A stretch of DNA of 64,000 nt from Acidimicrobiales bacterium (GCA_965214945.1 OZ244029.1:872533-936532), one strand, 5' to 3'. Positions 18,477 to 28,385 are shown, numbered from the stretch's first letter. Notes: generated from the sequence alone by a model not told the origin. Translations and numbers: made by a program.

Positions 18477-19526
18477 TTGATGGCTCCGACTGATCGACGC
18501 ATTATGCGTATTCCCATCCCCGTCCCCTTGATCAGGCAGATGGACGCTGTGATCCTGGGCGGTCTCGGCGGCTACACGACCCGTGCTGAGTTCATCGTCG
18601 ATGCCATCCAGGAGCGGATCCTCGAACTGTCGGTCGGGGTGGTTGAGGACGCTGGAGTTCCGCCGGACCCGCTTCTGGCGCCCGATACCACGACCCCGAA
18701 CATGACCGAGACAACCCTGCCTCCTCGGGCTACGCCCACACTTGCGGCGACCGTTCTCGAAGCGCCGTTGTCGGGTGCCACTGTGGATTGCGACTCGGAT
18801 CTGAGCCGCCCGGAGGGACGGCCCATCTTTGGGCTGCACAACCGCGACTACCCGTCGCTGTGGGCTCTCGCTGAACTTGCGAAGAGCACGGTGAACGGAG
18901 CCATCCCTGCCGAGACCTTCTACAACGAGACGCTCCGCAAGGCGTGGACCTTCGGAGAGGTGCTCCTCGCGGTTAAGAAGCACACAGGGATCAAGTGCAC
19001 CGTCTTGTTTCCCACGAATCCGGCTAAGCGAAAGGCTGCCGAGAACCGGTTTCGCTCCTCCGCCATCGGGACCCTTCGCACTGTTGGTGGCACCTGGACC
19101 ACTAGAGGACCGCTTTTTGAATGGCGGCTCGCCGGGCTGATCGAAGGCGACGAGTCTGGTCCGCTCATCGGCGTGACTCCTGGCGGGTGGAACATTCTCC
19201 AAGCGGTAAACGGGATCTCGGTCGAGGAACCCCACCCCGAGAACATGAGAGCCAAGTTCTTCGCTCACCTAGCCGAGTACGCCCCCGCTGATGAGCGGGG
19301 CTTCAGAGAGATCGTGGCTGCAATCGGACCAGATGGTGCCACCCGCCGAGATGTCCACGATCACTTAACGACGGCTTGGCCCGACTGGAACGGTAGCGAG
19401 GTTGCCACGAATTCCTCTGGCTATATCGCCCGAGCACGTGAATGGGGTCTCGTTAAACCGAAGCAGACCAAAAGCCATTACCACCTGACCGCACTCGGAC
19501 ACCAATACGCAAACGGAGGAAAGTGA
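18477..19526 (+). CDS. Ribbon-helix-helix (CopG/MetJ-like) DNA-binding protein with a large uncharacterised C-terminal region
   Basis: The N-terminus RIMRIPIPVPLIRQMDAVILGGLGGYTTRAEFIVDAIQERILEL fits the RHH pattern (beta strand, then two helices). The C-terminal end resembles a winged helix (SSGYIARAREWGLVKPKQTKSHYHLTALG). Its stop overlaps the next start (GTGATGA). Confidence 0.55.
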   Translation: MMAPTDRRIMRIPIPVPLIRQMDAVILGGLGGYTTRAEFIVDAIQERILELSVGVVEDAGVPPDPLLAPDTTTPNMTETTLPPRATPTLAATVLEAPLSGATVDCDSDLSRPEGRPIFGLHNRDYPSLWALAELAKSTVNGAIPAETFYNETLRKAWTFGEVLLAVKKHTGIKCTVLFPTNPAKRKAAENRFRSSAIGTLRTVGGTWTTRGPLFEWRLAGLIEGDESGPLIGVTPGGWNILQAVNGISVEEPHPENMRAKFFAHLAEYAPADERGFREIVAAIGPDGATRRDVHDHLTTAWPDWNGSEVATNSSGYIARAREWGLVKPKQTKSHYHLTALGHQYANGGK

Positions 19527-21850
19527 TGAGCAACATTGTCGAGAAGGCCCTTGCTGCCCGCACTGTCAAGGAGGCTGAGGCGGTGCAGAAACTCATCGCC
19601 CGTATTATCGGGGCTCGTCATCAGCGCCCGCTCGGCGACCGCTGGAACAACCAAGGCATCCTTACCGGCAGCGGTTCCAGCTACGACCACAAGGCCCTCG
19701 AGGTTGTGACGAATATGCAGGACGCAGTTCTTGAACGTTACGCGCTTCAGAAGTACGGCAGCCGTGCGGCGGTGCAGTTCTCCACTCCTCAGGCTGCTGC
19801 CGCGTCTCTGCTCGCGGACCTCGGCCCCAAACAGCAAGCAGACCTCGCCACTGTCACCATCGACCGGGCAGAGGCTGGCACGAACAAGAAATGCATCACC
19901 CTCGTGATGCGCGACCGGGGGTGCGGGATCACTGACGCAGAGGTTCCTAACGGGATCTTCTGGCTCGGTGCCAAGCACAAAGATGGCATCGACTGGCAGC
20001 AGGGAACCTTCGGACTTGGCGGTGCCACCACCTACCTCAATGCGAAGGCTGTAGTGCTGATTTCGCGCCGCCATCCCGATCTTCTCGTTAGCGGGCAGGC
20101 CGACAAGATCACGGTTGCAGTCGTGCAGTGGGAGCGGGAGCGCACCACCACCAACGCGTATTATCTCGTAAGCCGCCACTGGGATGAAAACGACCCCAGG
20201 AGTTGGGCAGCTGCCACGCCGTTGTCGGTTCCTGCTAGCGATTTCCCCGACTTCGAGGCTGGTACCCACCTGGCGCTCATTGCCTACGACACGAAAGGTC
20301 TCGGCCAGCGCTCCGGCTCGGAGAAGTCGTTTGACACCGTCTTCAACACTCGCCTCTTTCAGCCTGTTCTACCCATCAGGTACCGCAACAACATAACTGG
20401 CGCTTACCGGCCCAATACACTCCGCGGCCTTGCTCGTCGCCTCCTCGACAACCCTGGAGACGACCGTACCGAGGGCGAGGAGACTCTGCCGTTCAATCAC
20501 CGAGGCACCACCTACCATCTCCCGATCTTGTTCTGGCTGTTTGCCAAACCCGGCGAAAAAGGCGGGCGACGCAACTTCGTCGCGCAAGGGCACGCTCTGC
20601 TCATTACATCCAACGGCCAGGTTCACTCCCACTGGACCCCGCGGGACTTCAAACTGCGCACCACGCTCAACAAGCTCTACGACCGGATCCTCGTTGTCGT
20701 CGAGACTGACGCCCTCCCCATACGAATCCGTACCGAGCTGTTCACTGCGGACCGTGCCCAATTTGTCCAAAGCGAAGTCGCTATGCGCCTGGAGAAGGAG
20801 ATTGCCGCCTTCCTTGATACTTGTAGAGAGCTGCAGGATGCCAATAAAGCCCTTATCCGCGAGGCGATCACCGGTGACAACAACGACCGCCCGACCCGGG
20901 CTATCGCCGAGCAGATCGCCCGATCCATTAAAGCCAAAGGATTCTCTCGCCGGCCCGCGGGCACCGGGACGGGGGTAAGACGCAGCCCAAAGCTCCCCGA
21001 TACAATTGCGCCTGAGGATCTTCACGATAATCCCACCCACTTCGAGGGACCCGAATCAGTCCAAGCGCTGCTCAGCGAGGTCACGAGTGTCTACTTAAAG
21101 TTGAATGCCACTGATGATTTCATCCCCAGGCGTGCTCAGCTCAAGGTCACCTGCGATCACCCCGATATCGGTGCCTCCGAGATTACGGTCGGCAACCTCC
21201 ACTCAGGATCCGTACGTGTCGCCATCGCCGTTCCCGAGAACGCTGACCTAGGTACCTACAAGCTCACAGCTGAGATCCCTGAGTGGGCCAAGACCTCTGG
21301 CGGCCTTGGCCCACGCTTTGAGTGGACGACCAAGGTCGAGGTCGTTGAGGAGATCAAACCCAGGCTGTCCGGATCAAAGTCCGGTTCAAGCCAAGGCAAG
21401 TTGGGGCCTCGAAAGTACGGAATTCCAGCGCTTGTTTGGAAGAGCGAGACCGACGACGGAATGGATGACTGGGACGCCTCTACCGTCGGCCACGTCGAGA
21501 TGGTCCAGGGCAGGGATCTCGCCGAAAAAATGGACGAGTACGCAGAGTTGTCCGAAGTCGATTCCGAGGTCTCCACTATCTTTCTCAACCGCACGTACTC
21601 GCCGCTCAAGTCCTATGTGCAAGCTCGCGCTGCCGAACTCACCAACGAAGGTAAGGAGAAGGCCCGGGATCGCTATGCGGTCGGGGCTGGGGTTGCCCTC
21701 CTCATGCTCGATCAAGAAGAGCGCAAAGCAAAGAAGGCTGGCAAACAGTTCGACGATGCCCTGGTCGCTTTGGCCCTACAGGCAGCGGCACGGGCCGTGC
21801 TCAGCGTCCTGCCTGCCTACGACCGCCTCGCGAGGGAGCTTAAGAACTGA
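19523..21850 (+). CDS. GHKL (Bergerat-fold) ATPase, 775 aa, uncharacterised family
   Basis: N-box EVVTNMQDA (aa 60-68), G1 box DRGCGI (aa 131-136), G2 box GTFGLGGA (aa 161-168), in canonical order and spacing. The rest of the protein has no motif I recognise. Confidence 0.6.
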   Translation: MMSNIVEKALAARTVKEAEAVQKLIARIIGARHQRPLGDRWNNQGILTGSGSSYDHKALEVVTNMQDAVLERYALQKYGSRAAVQFSTPQAAAASLLADLGPKQQADLATVTIDRAEAGTNKKCITLVMRDRGCGITDAEVPNGIFWLGAKHKDGIDWQQGTFGLGGATTYLNAKAVVLISRRHPDLLVSGQADKITVAVVQWERERTTTNAYYLVSRHWDENDPRSWAAATPLSVPASDFPDFEAGTHLALIAYDTKGLGQRSGSEKSFDTVFNTRLFQPVLPIRYRNNITGAYRPNTLRGLARRLLDNPGDDRTEGEETLPFNHRGTTYHLPILFWLFAKPGEKGGRRNFVAQGHALLITSNGQVHSHWTPRDFKLRTTLNKLYDRILVVVETDALPIRIRTELFTADRAQFVQSEVAMRLEKEIAAFLDTCRELQDANKALIREAITGDNNDRPTRAIAEQIARSIKAKGFSRRPAGTGTGVRRSPKLPDTIAPEDLHDNPTHFEGPESVQALLSEVTSVYLKLNATDDFIPRRAQLKVTCDHPDIGASEITVGNLHSGSVRVAIAVPENADLGTYKLTAEIPEWAKTSGGLGPRFEWTTKVEVVEEIKPRLSGSKSGSSQGKLGPRKYGIPALVWKSETDDGMDDWDASTVGHVEMVQGRDLAEKMDEYAELSEVDSEVSTIFLNRTYSPLKSYVQARAAELTNEGKEKARDRYAVGAGVALLMLDQEERKAKKAGKQFDDALVALALQAAARAVLSVLPAYDRLARELKN

Positions 21851-22056
21851 ATTACATGCCAGCCACGTTCGCGATCAGCTCCCGTTTGCCAAGGAGCGGG
21901 ACGGCCGTTTGCCCAGCAGTCCGTCACTGAGGTATTGCTCGGGCTTCGAGGCAACGGTCGCCTACCGGGGTTCAGTGCTCCAACCTGTGTGGGAGAGGAG
22001 GCGCTGCTTGAGCAGGGTGACGGATCCCTTGGAGGCTCGGGCGTTTGGGTTCGGCT

Positions 22057-22860
22057 TTATTGGATGACCCAGCCGCCGTCGATGTGGATCATCTGCCCGG
22101 TCATGTAGTCGCTGTCGTCGCTGACGAGGAAGGCAGCGGTGCCCTTGATGTCATCGGGACTCGAGACCCGCTTCAGCGCCAGGATCTCGGCGAGATCCTC
22201 GAATGCCTGACCCTCCCGCTCCTTGAAGCCCATCTCGACCAGATCCTTGTCGAGTTGCGCCCACAATGGCGTCTTCACCACGCCAGGTGCGTAGCCGTTG
22301 ACGGTGATGTTGTGTTCGGCCAGCGCCACCGCGCCGCAATGTGTTAGGGCGAGGCAGCCGTACTTCGAGGTGCAGTAGACGGTGACGTCGATGAGCGGCT
22401 TGCGTGAGGCGACAGACCCGACGCAGATCAGCTTGTAGGGATACTCCTGGGGCCCCTGCTGGATCATCTGTCGGGCGGTCTCTTGCATGCCCAGCCACAT
22501 GCCCTTGGTGTTGACGTCCATGATGAAGTCCCAGTTGTCCTCATCGATGTCCATGAAGAATCGGGGTTTGTTCAGGCCTGCGTTGAAAAGGCCGACATTG
22601 ATCATGCCGAAGGCGTCGACGGTTGCCGCGACCGCTGCAACGTTATCTTCTCGCTTGGTCACATCTGCGCGCACAGCGATGGCCGAGCCGTTGCCGGCTT
22701 CGTTGATTCGGTCGGCGACGGCACGAGCTTCGTCCACGTCGATGTCGGCGACGCAGACGTTGGCGCCGAGCTGGGCGAAGTATTCGGCGTTGGTGGCACC
22801 CATGCCGCTGGCGGCACCAGTGATGAGGATGTTCTTTCCCTTGAGGCGGTTGGGATCCAC
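22057..22860 (-). CDS. Short-chain dehydrogenase/reductase (acetoin/diol dehydrogenase-like)
   Basis: TGAASGMGAT Rossmann motif, YCTSKYG catalytic YxxxK, NGYAPGVVKTPLW, C-terminal IHIDGGW. Confidence 0.8.
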   Translation of the reverse strand: MDPNRLKGKNILITGAASGMGATNAEYFAQLGANVCVADIDVDEARAVADRINEAGNGSAIAVRADVTKREDNVAAVAATVDAFGMINVGLFNAGLNKPRFFMDIDEDNWDFIMDVNTKGMWLGMQETARQMIQQGPQEYPYKLICVGSVASRKPLIDVTVYCTSKYGCLALTHCGAVALAEHNITVNGYAPGVVKTPLWAQLDKDLVEMGFKEREGQAFEDLAEILALKRVSSPDDIKGTAAFLVSDDSDYMTGQMIHIDGGWVIQ

Positions 22861-22974
22861 GGCAAGCGCCCTCCTGTTTTTTGTGCTGTCGTGTGAGCGT
22901 CGGTCGCCGCGCAGGCAACGGGTGGTCGCCGCGCGAAGGCGTCGTTACGACCCTAGCTGTTCTCAGCAGAGGTA

Positions 22975-22988
22975 TGCAAACGATTGCA
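22975..22988. promoter_or_regulatory. LacI/GalR-type operator palindrome TGCAAACGATTGCA
   Basis: Near-perfect 14-bp palindrome in the divergent SDR / ABC-ATPase intergenic region. One of four related sites. Confidence 0.6.
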
Positions 22989-23040
22989 GGGTCTGGTCTG
23001 TTGACGTGTTGAAGATGCCTTACGGTAGAACCCAGTAACC

Positions 23041-23054
23041 TGCAATCGATTGCA
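23041..23054. promoter_or_regulatory. LacI/GalR-type operator palindrome TGCAATCGATTGCA
   Basis: Perfect 14-bp palindrome, 82 nt upstream of the ABC ATPase start. Confidence 0.65.
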
Positions 23055-23135
23055 GCACCGGTGTTGATCGCTCGGTCGTCCATGCGTGACCGTGGTCAGC
23101 GCTTACCGGCCTCGGCGCAACGGGAAGGAGCCGGA

Positions 23136-24656
23136 ATGAACAACGACATCCTGGAGGCGCACAACATATCGAAGCACTTCGGCGGTGTCTTCGCCGTCGA
23201 CGACGTGAGCCTCTCGGTCCCTCGCGGGGAAATCCACGGGTTGGTCGGGGAGAACGGCGCAGGCAAGTCGACGCTCATGCGCGTGCTGGCCGGGATTCTG
23301 AAACCCGATCAGGGCCGTGTGATCGTCGACGGGAACGAACTCAGCGGAGGTGCCGCGGAAGCGATCGACGCCGGGATCTCGCTTGTCCATCAGGAACTCA
23401 GCCTGGTGCCCGAGATGACGGTTGCCGAGAACATCCTCCTCGGGTCCACTCCCACGCGGGGAGGATTCATCGACCGGCGCGAGCAACGCCGTATCGCGGC
23501 GGAGGCGCTCAAGGAGATCCACGTGAAAGTGGACCTGGACGAGCCGGTGGTGAGGCTGTCCGTAGCGCTGCGTCAGTTCGTCGAGATCGCCCGAGCGGTA
23601 GCTCGTCGGCCCCAGGTGCTGATTCTCGACGAACCCACGGCCACCTTGACTCCTGCCGAGACCGACTACCTGCTCGACATGCTGCAGCGACTCGCTGCCC
23701 GCGGGCTCGCGATCATCTACATCTCGCATCGGATCCCGGAGATTTTCCGCATTTGCGACCGGGTCACCGTGCTGCGCGACGGCAAGCACATCGACACCGT
23801 CGCCATCGAAGACACCCAGTCCGACGAACTCGTCGAGATGATGGTGGGCCGCGAGTTGAAGCAGACGCTCGGAGAGCACCGAGAGGACACAACGCCGGGC
23901 GAGGTTCTGCTCAGCGCTCGAGGGATTCGGTCTAAAGGGGTTAACGACGTCGACCTCGACGTCCGCGCTGGCGAGATCGTCGGGCTCGGCGGACTCGTCG
24001 GCGCGGCGCGGACAGAGCTGGTCCGCGTCATGATTGGCGCTGACGATCGGTCGGCCGGCGACACGACCCTGAATAACGGCGAAGAGCTGGTGCGCCTCAC
24101 GAGCTACCGCAAGGCGGTCTCCAACGGACTGGCGTATATCCCTGAAGAACGCCGATCCGATGGTTTGGCCCTCACGATGACCGTGGCCGAAAACATCACC
24201 TTGCCCAACCGCCACGAACTGTCACGTGGCGTTGTGCTCGCGTTCCGCAAGATCGCCCGCTTCTCCCAGGAGCTGGCCGACCGGGTCGGTCTCCGTCCTC
24301 CAGAGATCCGGCGCGATGCCGGTGACTTCAGCGGCGGCAACCAACAGAAGATGGTGCTGGCCAAGTGGTTGGGGCGTGAGCCTAGGGTCATCGTGCTCGA
24401 CGAGCCGACCCGAGGGGTCGACGTCGGCGCTAAGGCCGAGATCCACCGCCTGATCCGGGATCTCGCAGACCGGGGAACGGCGGTTCTCGTCGTGAGTTCC
24501 GACCTCCCGGAACTGCTCGAACTCGCCGATGTCATCCATGTGATGCGTGATGGACGAATCGTGGGGACGCTCGAAGGTGACGCCGCAGACGAGAAATCGG
24601 TGATGTCGTTGGCGGCCGGCGAAGCAGCCGCAGCCAGCGCCGGCGCTTCGTCGTGA
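23136..24656 (+). CDS. Sugar ABC transporter ATP-binding protein (tandem ABC domains, RbsA/MglA-like)
   Basis: Two ABC cassettes: GENGAGKST and GLVGAARTEL Walker A regions, FSGGNQQKMVLAKWL signature, VLILDEPT and VIVLDEPTRGVDV Walker B. RBS GGAAGGAG lies 5 nt upstream of ATG 23136. Confidence 0.85.
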   Translation: MNNDILEAHNISKHFGGVFAVDDVSLSVPRGEIHGLVGENGAGKSTLMRVLAGILKPDQGRVIVDGNELSGGAAEAIDAGISLVHQELSLVPEMTVAENILLGSTPTRGGFIDRREQRRIAAEALKEIHVKVDLDEPVVRLSVALRQFVEIARAVARRPQVLILDEPTATLTPAETDYLLDMLQRLAARGLAIIYISHRIPEIFRICDRVTVLRDGKHIDTVAIEDTQSDELVEMMVGRELKQTLGEHREDTTPGEVLLSARGIRSKGVNDVDLDVRAGEIVGLGGLVGAARTELVRVMIGADDRSAGDTTLNNGEELVRLTSYRKAVSNGLAYIPEERRSDGLALTMTVAENITLPNRHELSRGVVLAFRKIARFSQELADRVGLRPPEIRRDAGDFSGGNQQKMVLAKWLGREPRVIVLDEPTRGVDVGAKAEIHRLIRDLADRGTAVLVVSSDLPELLELADVIHVMRDGRIVGTLEGDAADEKSVMSLAAGEAAAASAGASS

Positions 24657-24790
24657 TAACCGGAGGCTCGTCGTGATAATCGGGGGCGTTGTCTCCGGCG
24701 ATTATCTGCCGACCAACCGCCGTTATCTGCCGATCCAACCGCCGTCAACGGTCAGCACGGAACCGTGCCTGTAGTCGGACGTGGTCGTGG

Positions 24791-25774
24791 TCACTGGTGA
24801 GCTGCCCTGCTGACCGTCTCGACGATGCGGTCGACCGAGGGGATCGTCGCGTCCTCTAGCGAATCGGCTGCCGGAAGCGGAACGTGGGGAGTGGTGATGC
24901 GCACCACCGGGCCGTCGAGGTCCCAGAAGGCTTCATCGGCGACGATGGAGGCGATCTCGGCGCCCCAGCCGCACAGTCGAGGGTTTTCCTCAACCGTGAT
25001 CAGCCGGCTGGTCTTGGTGACGGATGCGAGGATGGTCTGGGTGTCGAGCGGGACCAGCGAGCGGACGTCGATGACCTCGGCGTCGATCCCTTCCGCGGCC
25101 AGCTGCTCAGCGGCGTCGAGAGTTCGATGGACCATGAGCGCGAGCGCCACGATCGTGACGTCGCTGCCAGGCCGGACCACCTTGGCGACCCCCAGCTCGT
25201 CGACGATGTCCCCGTCGTGGTCTGGCAGGTCGAACTTCATCGGGTAGCACGACTTGTGTTCGAAGAACATCACCGGGTCCGGATCGCGAACCGACGCAGC
25301 CAGCAGACCGATCGTGTCCTGGGCCGTCGACGGCGCAACCACCTTGAGGCCGGGAACAGCCATCGCCCAATTCTCCACGCTCTGAGAGTGCTGGGCCCCG
25401 AAGCGGGATCCCCCGCCGTTGGCCGTGCGGATCACGAGCGGGAACGACAGCTGGCCGGCGGTCATGTAGCGACTCTTGGCGATCTCGTTGGCGACGATGT
25501 CCCAACACACGGCAAGGAAGTCGCTGAACATGATCTCGGCGATCGGGCGGAGGCCGGTCATCGCCGCACCCATCGCCGCGCCCAGAATCGCCTGCTCAGA
25601 GATCGGGGCGTCACGCACACGCTCGGGTCCGAACTGCTCGAGCAGGCCGGTGGTGGTCTTAAACACCCCACCCGCGCCGGCGACGTCCTCGCCCAAGAAC
25701 ACGACGCGAGGGTCGTTCGCCAGCTCTTGGGCAATGCCTCTGCTGACGGCTTCTCGGTAAGTCAGTTGCGCCAT
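24791..25774 (-). CDS. 2-oxoacid (pyruvate/acetoin) dehydrogenase E1 component beta subunit
   Basis: LGEDVAGAGGVFKTTTGLLEQFGPERVRDAPISEQAILGAAMGAAMTGLRPIAEIMFSDF, typical of E1-beta. Overlaps the upstream alpha-subunit stop. Confidence 0.85.
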   Translation of the reverse strand: MAQLTYREAVSRGIAQELANDPRVVFLGEDVAGAGGVFKTTTGLLEQFGPERVRDAPISEQAILGAAMGAAMTGLRPIAEIMFSDFLAVCWDIVANEIAKSRYMTAGQLSFPLVIRTANGGGSRFGAQHSQSVENWAMAVPGLKVVAPSTAQDTIGLLAASVRDPDPVMFFEHKSCYPMKFDLPDHDGDIVDELGVAKVVRPGSDVTIVALALMVHRTLDAAEQLAAEGIDAEVIDVRSLVPLDTQTILASVTKTSRLITVEENPRLCGWGAEIASIVADEAFWDLDGPVVRITTPHVPLPAADSLEDATIPSVDRIVETVSRAAHQ

Positions 25775-26826
25775 GACGAGCCTCCGTCAGCCCAGACGTC
25801 AGTGAATATCGTCTTGAGATCGGGAATGGCCCCACCGACCGCTTCCTGGGTGGCGACGTCAACCGCCTGGGCTGTCTCGGTGGCGATTCGGGTGAGGTCA
25901 CCCTCCGGCACCCCCAGCTGAAGCAGCCGCTGGTGATACATGGGGATCGGGTCGCGCTCGAGCCAGGCCTCGATCTCCTCGTCGGGCCGGTAGGTCCCCG
26001 GGTCGGCCCGACTGTGGCCGCCGTGGCGGTAGGTCTGAGCCTCGATAAGGGATGGTCCGCCACCCGACCGTGCACGGTCGAGCGCGTCCGATGCCACCGC
26101 GTAGACAGCGTCGGCGTCGTTGCCGTCCACGATGATCGAATCCAGTCCGTAGGCGGGTGCTCGGTCGGCAGCAGGGTTCGGCACGGCCGTGACCTGGCCG
26201 ATGGCGGTGTATTCCATGTAAAGGTTGTTCTCGCAGACGAAGACTGTGGGCAGGTTCCACACCTTGGCGAAGTTGATCGCCTCGTGGAACGCTCCGATGT
26301 TGGTAGTGCCGTCGCCGAAGAACGCCACGGCGACCTGGCCCGTCTGCAGGAGTTGGGCGGTCCACGCCGCGCCGTTGGCCACGCAGAGGTGGGCGCCGAT
26401 GATGGCGTAGCTGCCCATCACCCCGTGATCGACGCTCGTGAGGTGCATCGACCCGCCTTTGCCACCCAACAGGCCGTTGGCTCGCCCGAGGAGTTCGGCC
26501 ATCACCGGCGTCATCGGGACACCGCGGGCCAGCGTGTGTGCGTGACCGCGGTAGGTGGCGAATGTCCAGTCGTCCGGTCGCATGGCTGCGCCGAAGCCCG
26601 CGGCGATGGCCTCCTGACCCAGCGAGAGGTGACTAGTCCCCTTGACGAGACCGCGCAGGAAGAGGTCGTAGGCGCGCTTTTCGAAGAGCCGGATCTCTTG
26701 CTGCAGGCGATAGAGGCGAAGCCGGACATCGGAGGCGATCGGCAGCTCGGCGTTGGCATGGTCGACCGGATCGGGGAGGATCGGCTCGTGATGGCCATAC
26801 TCCTCGAACGAGGGCATGGTGGTCAT
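25762..26826 (-). CDS. 2-oxoacid (pyruvate/acetoin) dehydrogenase E1 component alpha subunit
   Basis: TPP-binding region GDGTTNIGAFHEAINFAKVWNLPTVFVCENNLYMEYT, plus YRGHAH and GKGGSMH. Start placed at MTTMPSFEEY (26826) so that it does not overlap the upstream convergent stop. Confidence 0.8.
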   Translation of the reverse strand: MTTMPSFEEYGHHEPILPDPVDHANAELPIASDVRLRLYRLQQEIRLFEKRAYDLFLRGLVKGTSHLSLGQEAIAAGFGAAMRPDDWTFATYRGHAHTLARGVPMTPVMAELLGRANGLLGGKGGSMHLTSVDHGVMGSYAIIGAHLCVANGAAWTAQLLQTGQVAVAFFGDGTTNIGAFHEAINFAKVWNLPTVFVCENNLYMEYTAIGQVTAVPNPAADRAPAYGLDSIIVDGNDADAVYAVASDALDRARSGGGPSLIEAQTYRHGGHSRADPGTYRPDEEIEAWLERDPIPMYHQRLLQLGVPEGDLTRIATETAQAVDVATQEAVGGAIPDLKTIFTDVWADGGSSWRN

Positions 26827-26834
26827 TGGGCGCC

Positions 26835-28085
26835 TCAGTATTGGTTGGCGACGAAGAGTTCTTCGGCAGGGAAAAGCGTGATGACGTCGCACCCGTCGGG
26901 GGTCACGACCACCTCTTCTTCGATTCGGGCGGCGGACACACCGTCGGTGGCGGGGCAGTAGGTCTCAAGAGCGAACACCATGCCTTCCTTGATCTCCATC
27001 GGATGATCGAGTGAGTTAACCCGGCTGATGATGGGCCGCTCGTGCAGGCCGAGCCCGAGGCCGTGGCCGAACTGAAGTCCGAACGCCTCGAACTCGCTGT
27101 CGAAGCCGAACTCGTGACAGGCAGGAAAACCCTCGGCGACGTCCTTGGTGCTGATCCCCGGTTTGATCATCTCTATCGCGGCGTCGATCCACTCGCGAGC
27201 CTTGCTGTACGCCTGGTGTTGGGCTGAGGTGGCCCGCCCCACGTTCAGGGTGCGGTAGTAGCAGGTTCGGTATCCGTTGAACGACTGGATGATGTCGAAG
27301 AATGCCTGATCGCCGGGCCTGAGGAGACGATCCGAGAAATTGTGCGGGTGGGGGCTGCAGCGTTCACCCGAGACGGCGTTCACCGCCTCCACGTCGTCGG
27401 AACCCATCTCGTACAGCCGCTTGTTGACCAGCGCGACGATCTCGTTCTCCCTGATGCCGGGTTTCAGCACCTCGGAGATCATCTGGTAAGCGCCATCCAC
27501 CATCGAGGCAGCGGTGGTCAACAGCATGATCTCGTCCGGGGACTTGATCTCGCGCGCGTCGAGCATGATCTGTTGGCCGTCGATCACCGTGATGCCCTCG
27601 TCTTGGAGCGCGAACAACATCGGAGGTTCAACGATGTCGACGCCGAGCGGCATGCCCGCCACGCCCTGTTCTCGCAGAATGCTCGCGATCTCCTTCGCCG
27701 TTCGGACGAAGAGCCCATTGTCTGGGGGGATGGCGCCGCGCAGTCCGTTGAGGCCGGCGCGGCAGTTGTCCGGATCGAGCCAGGGGGCATAGAGCCGGTG
27801 GTGCGCCGCCGCGGATCCGAAGTCCCAGACCATCGGCTCGTTCTCGCGCGCCAGCAAGGAGAACCGTGTCATCTTGTCGCGGGCCCACTCGCCGATCTGT
27901 GTGCTCGTCGTGTAACGAATGTTGTTGGTGTCGAAGCAAAGGAGCGCACCAGCCCGGGAAGCGTCGAGGGCCTGGCGGACGCGAGCGAGTCGGTACTCAC
28001 GCAACCGTTGAAAGTTGACCCGCTCCTCGAAGTCCACGGCCATGGATCCGGGCGACGGGGTCACGGCAATTGCGAATTCGGCCAT
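26835..28085 (-). CDS. M24-family (creatinase/Xaa-Pro peptidase fold) hydrolase
   Basis: HGLGLGLHERPII, MVFALETYCP and IEEEVVVT are pita-bread fold metal-site blocks. Start placed at MAEFAIAV (28085); the ORF track extension to 28247 looks non-coding. Confidence 0.7.
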   Translation of the reverse strand: MAEFAIAVTPSPGSMAVDFEERVNFQRLREYRLARVRQALDASRAGALLCFDTNNIRYTTSTQIGEWARDKMTRFSLLARENEPMVWDFGSAAAHHRLYAPWLDPDNCRAGLNGLRGAIPPDNGLFVRTAKEIASILREQGVAGMPLGVDIVEPPMLFALQDEGITVIDGQQIMLDAREIKSPDEIMLLTTAASMVDGAYQMISEVLKPGIRENEIVALVNKRLYEMGSDDVEAVNAVSGERCSPHPHNFSDRLLRPGDQAFFDIIQSFNGYRTCYYRTLNVGRATSAQHQAYSKAREWIDAAIEMIKPGISTKDVAEGFPACHEFGFDSEFEAFGLQFGHGLGLGLHERPIISRVNSLDHPMEIKEGMVFALETYCPATDGVSAARIEEEVVVTPDGCDVITLFPAEELFVANQY

Positions 28086-28224
28086 CTCGTCCTTTTGCGT
28101 CTGTGTCTGCCACTGGTTCGTCTGCCACGCGCCTATTCGTGGGCGACATAGCGCTGCTGTGGCCGGCGGCGACTGGGGCTTGGCCGGCGGCGACCGGCAC
28201 CATGCCCAGATAATAGGCGAATTA

Positions 28225-28238
28225 TGCAACCGATTGCA
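28225..28238. promoter_or_regulatory. LacI/GalR-type operator palindrome TGCAACCGATTGCA
   Basis: Lies in the divergent M24 hydrolase / permease intergenic region. Confidence 0.6.
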
Positions 28239-28311
28239 AACCATCACAACGCACGTATCGGCTACTTCTTACCGAAGTTTGGCCGATATCGCTCACATGT
28301 GGATGATAATT

Positions 28312-28325
28312 TGCAATCGATTGCA
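28312..28325. promoter_or_regulatory. LacI/GalR-type operator palindrome TGCAATCGATTGCA
   Basis: Perfect palindrome identical to the site at 23041, about 60 nt upstream of the permease start. Confidence 0.65.
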
Positions 28326-28385
28326 TAACCTATTAGGTTCGGGCTCCGATGGAGTCGACCCGCTGGAGGGAGGTGTCTGCTGCAC

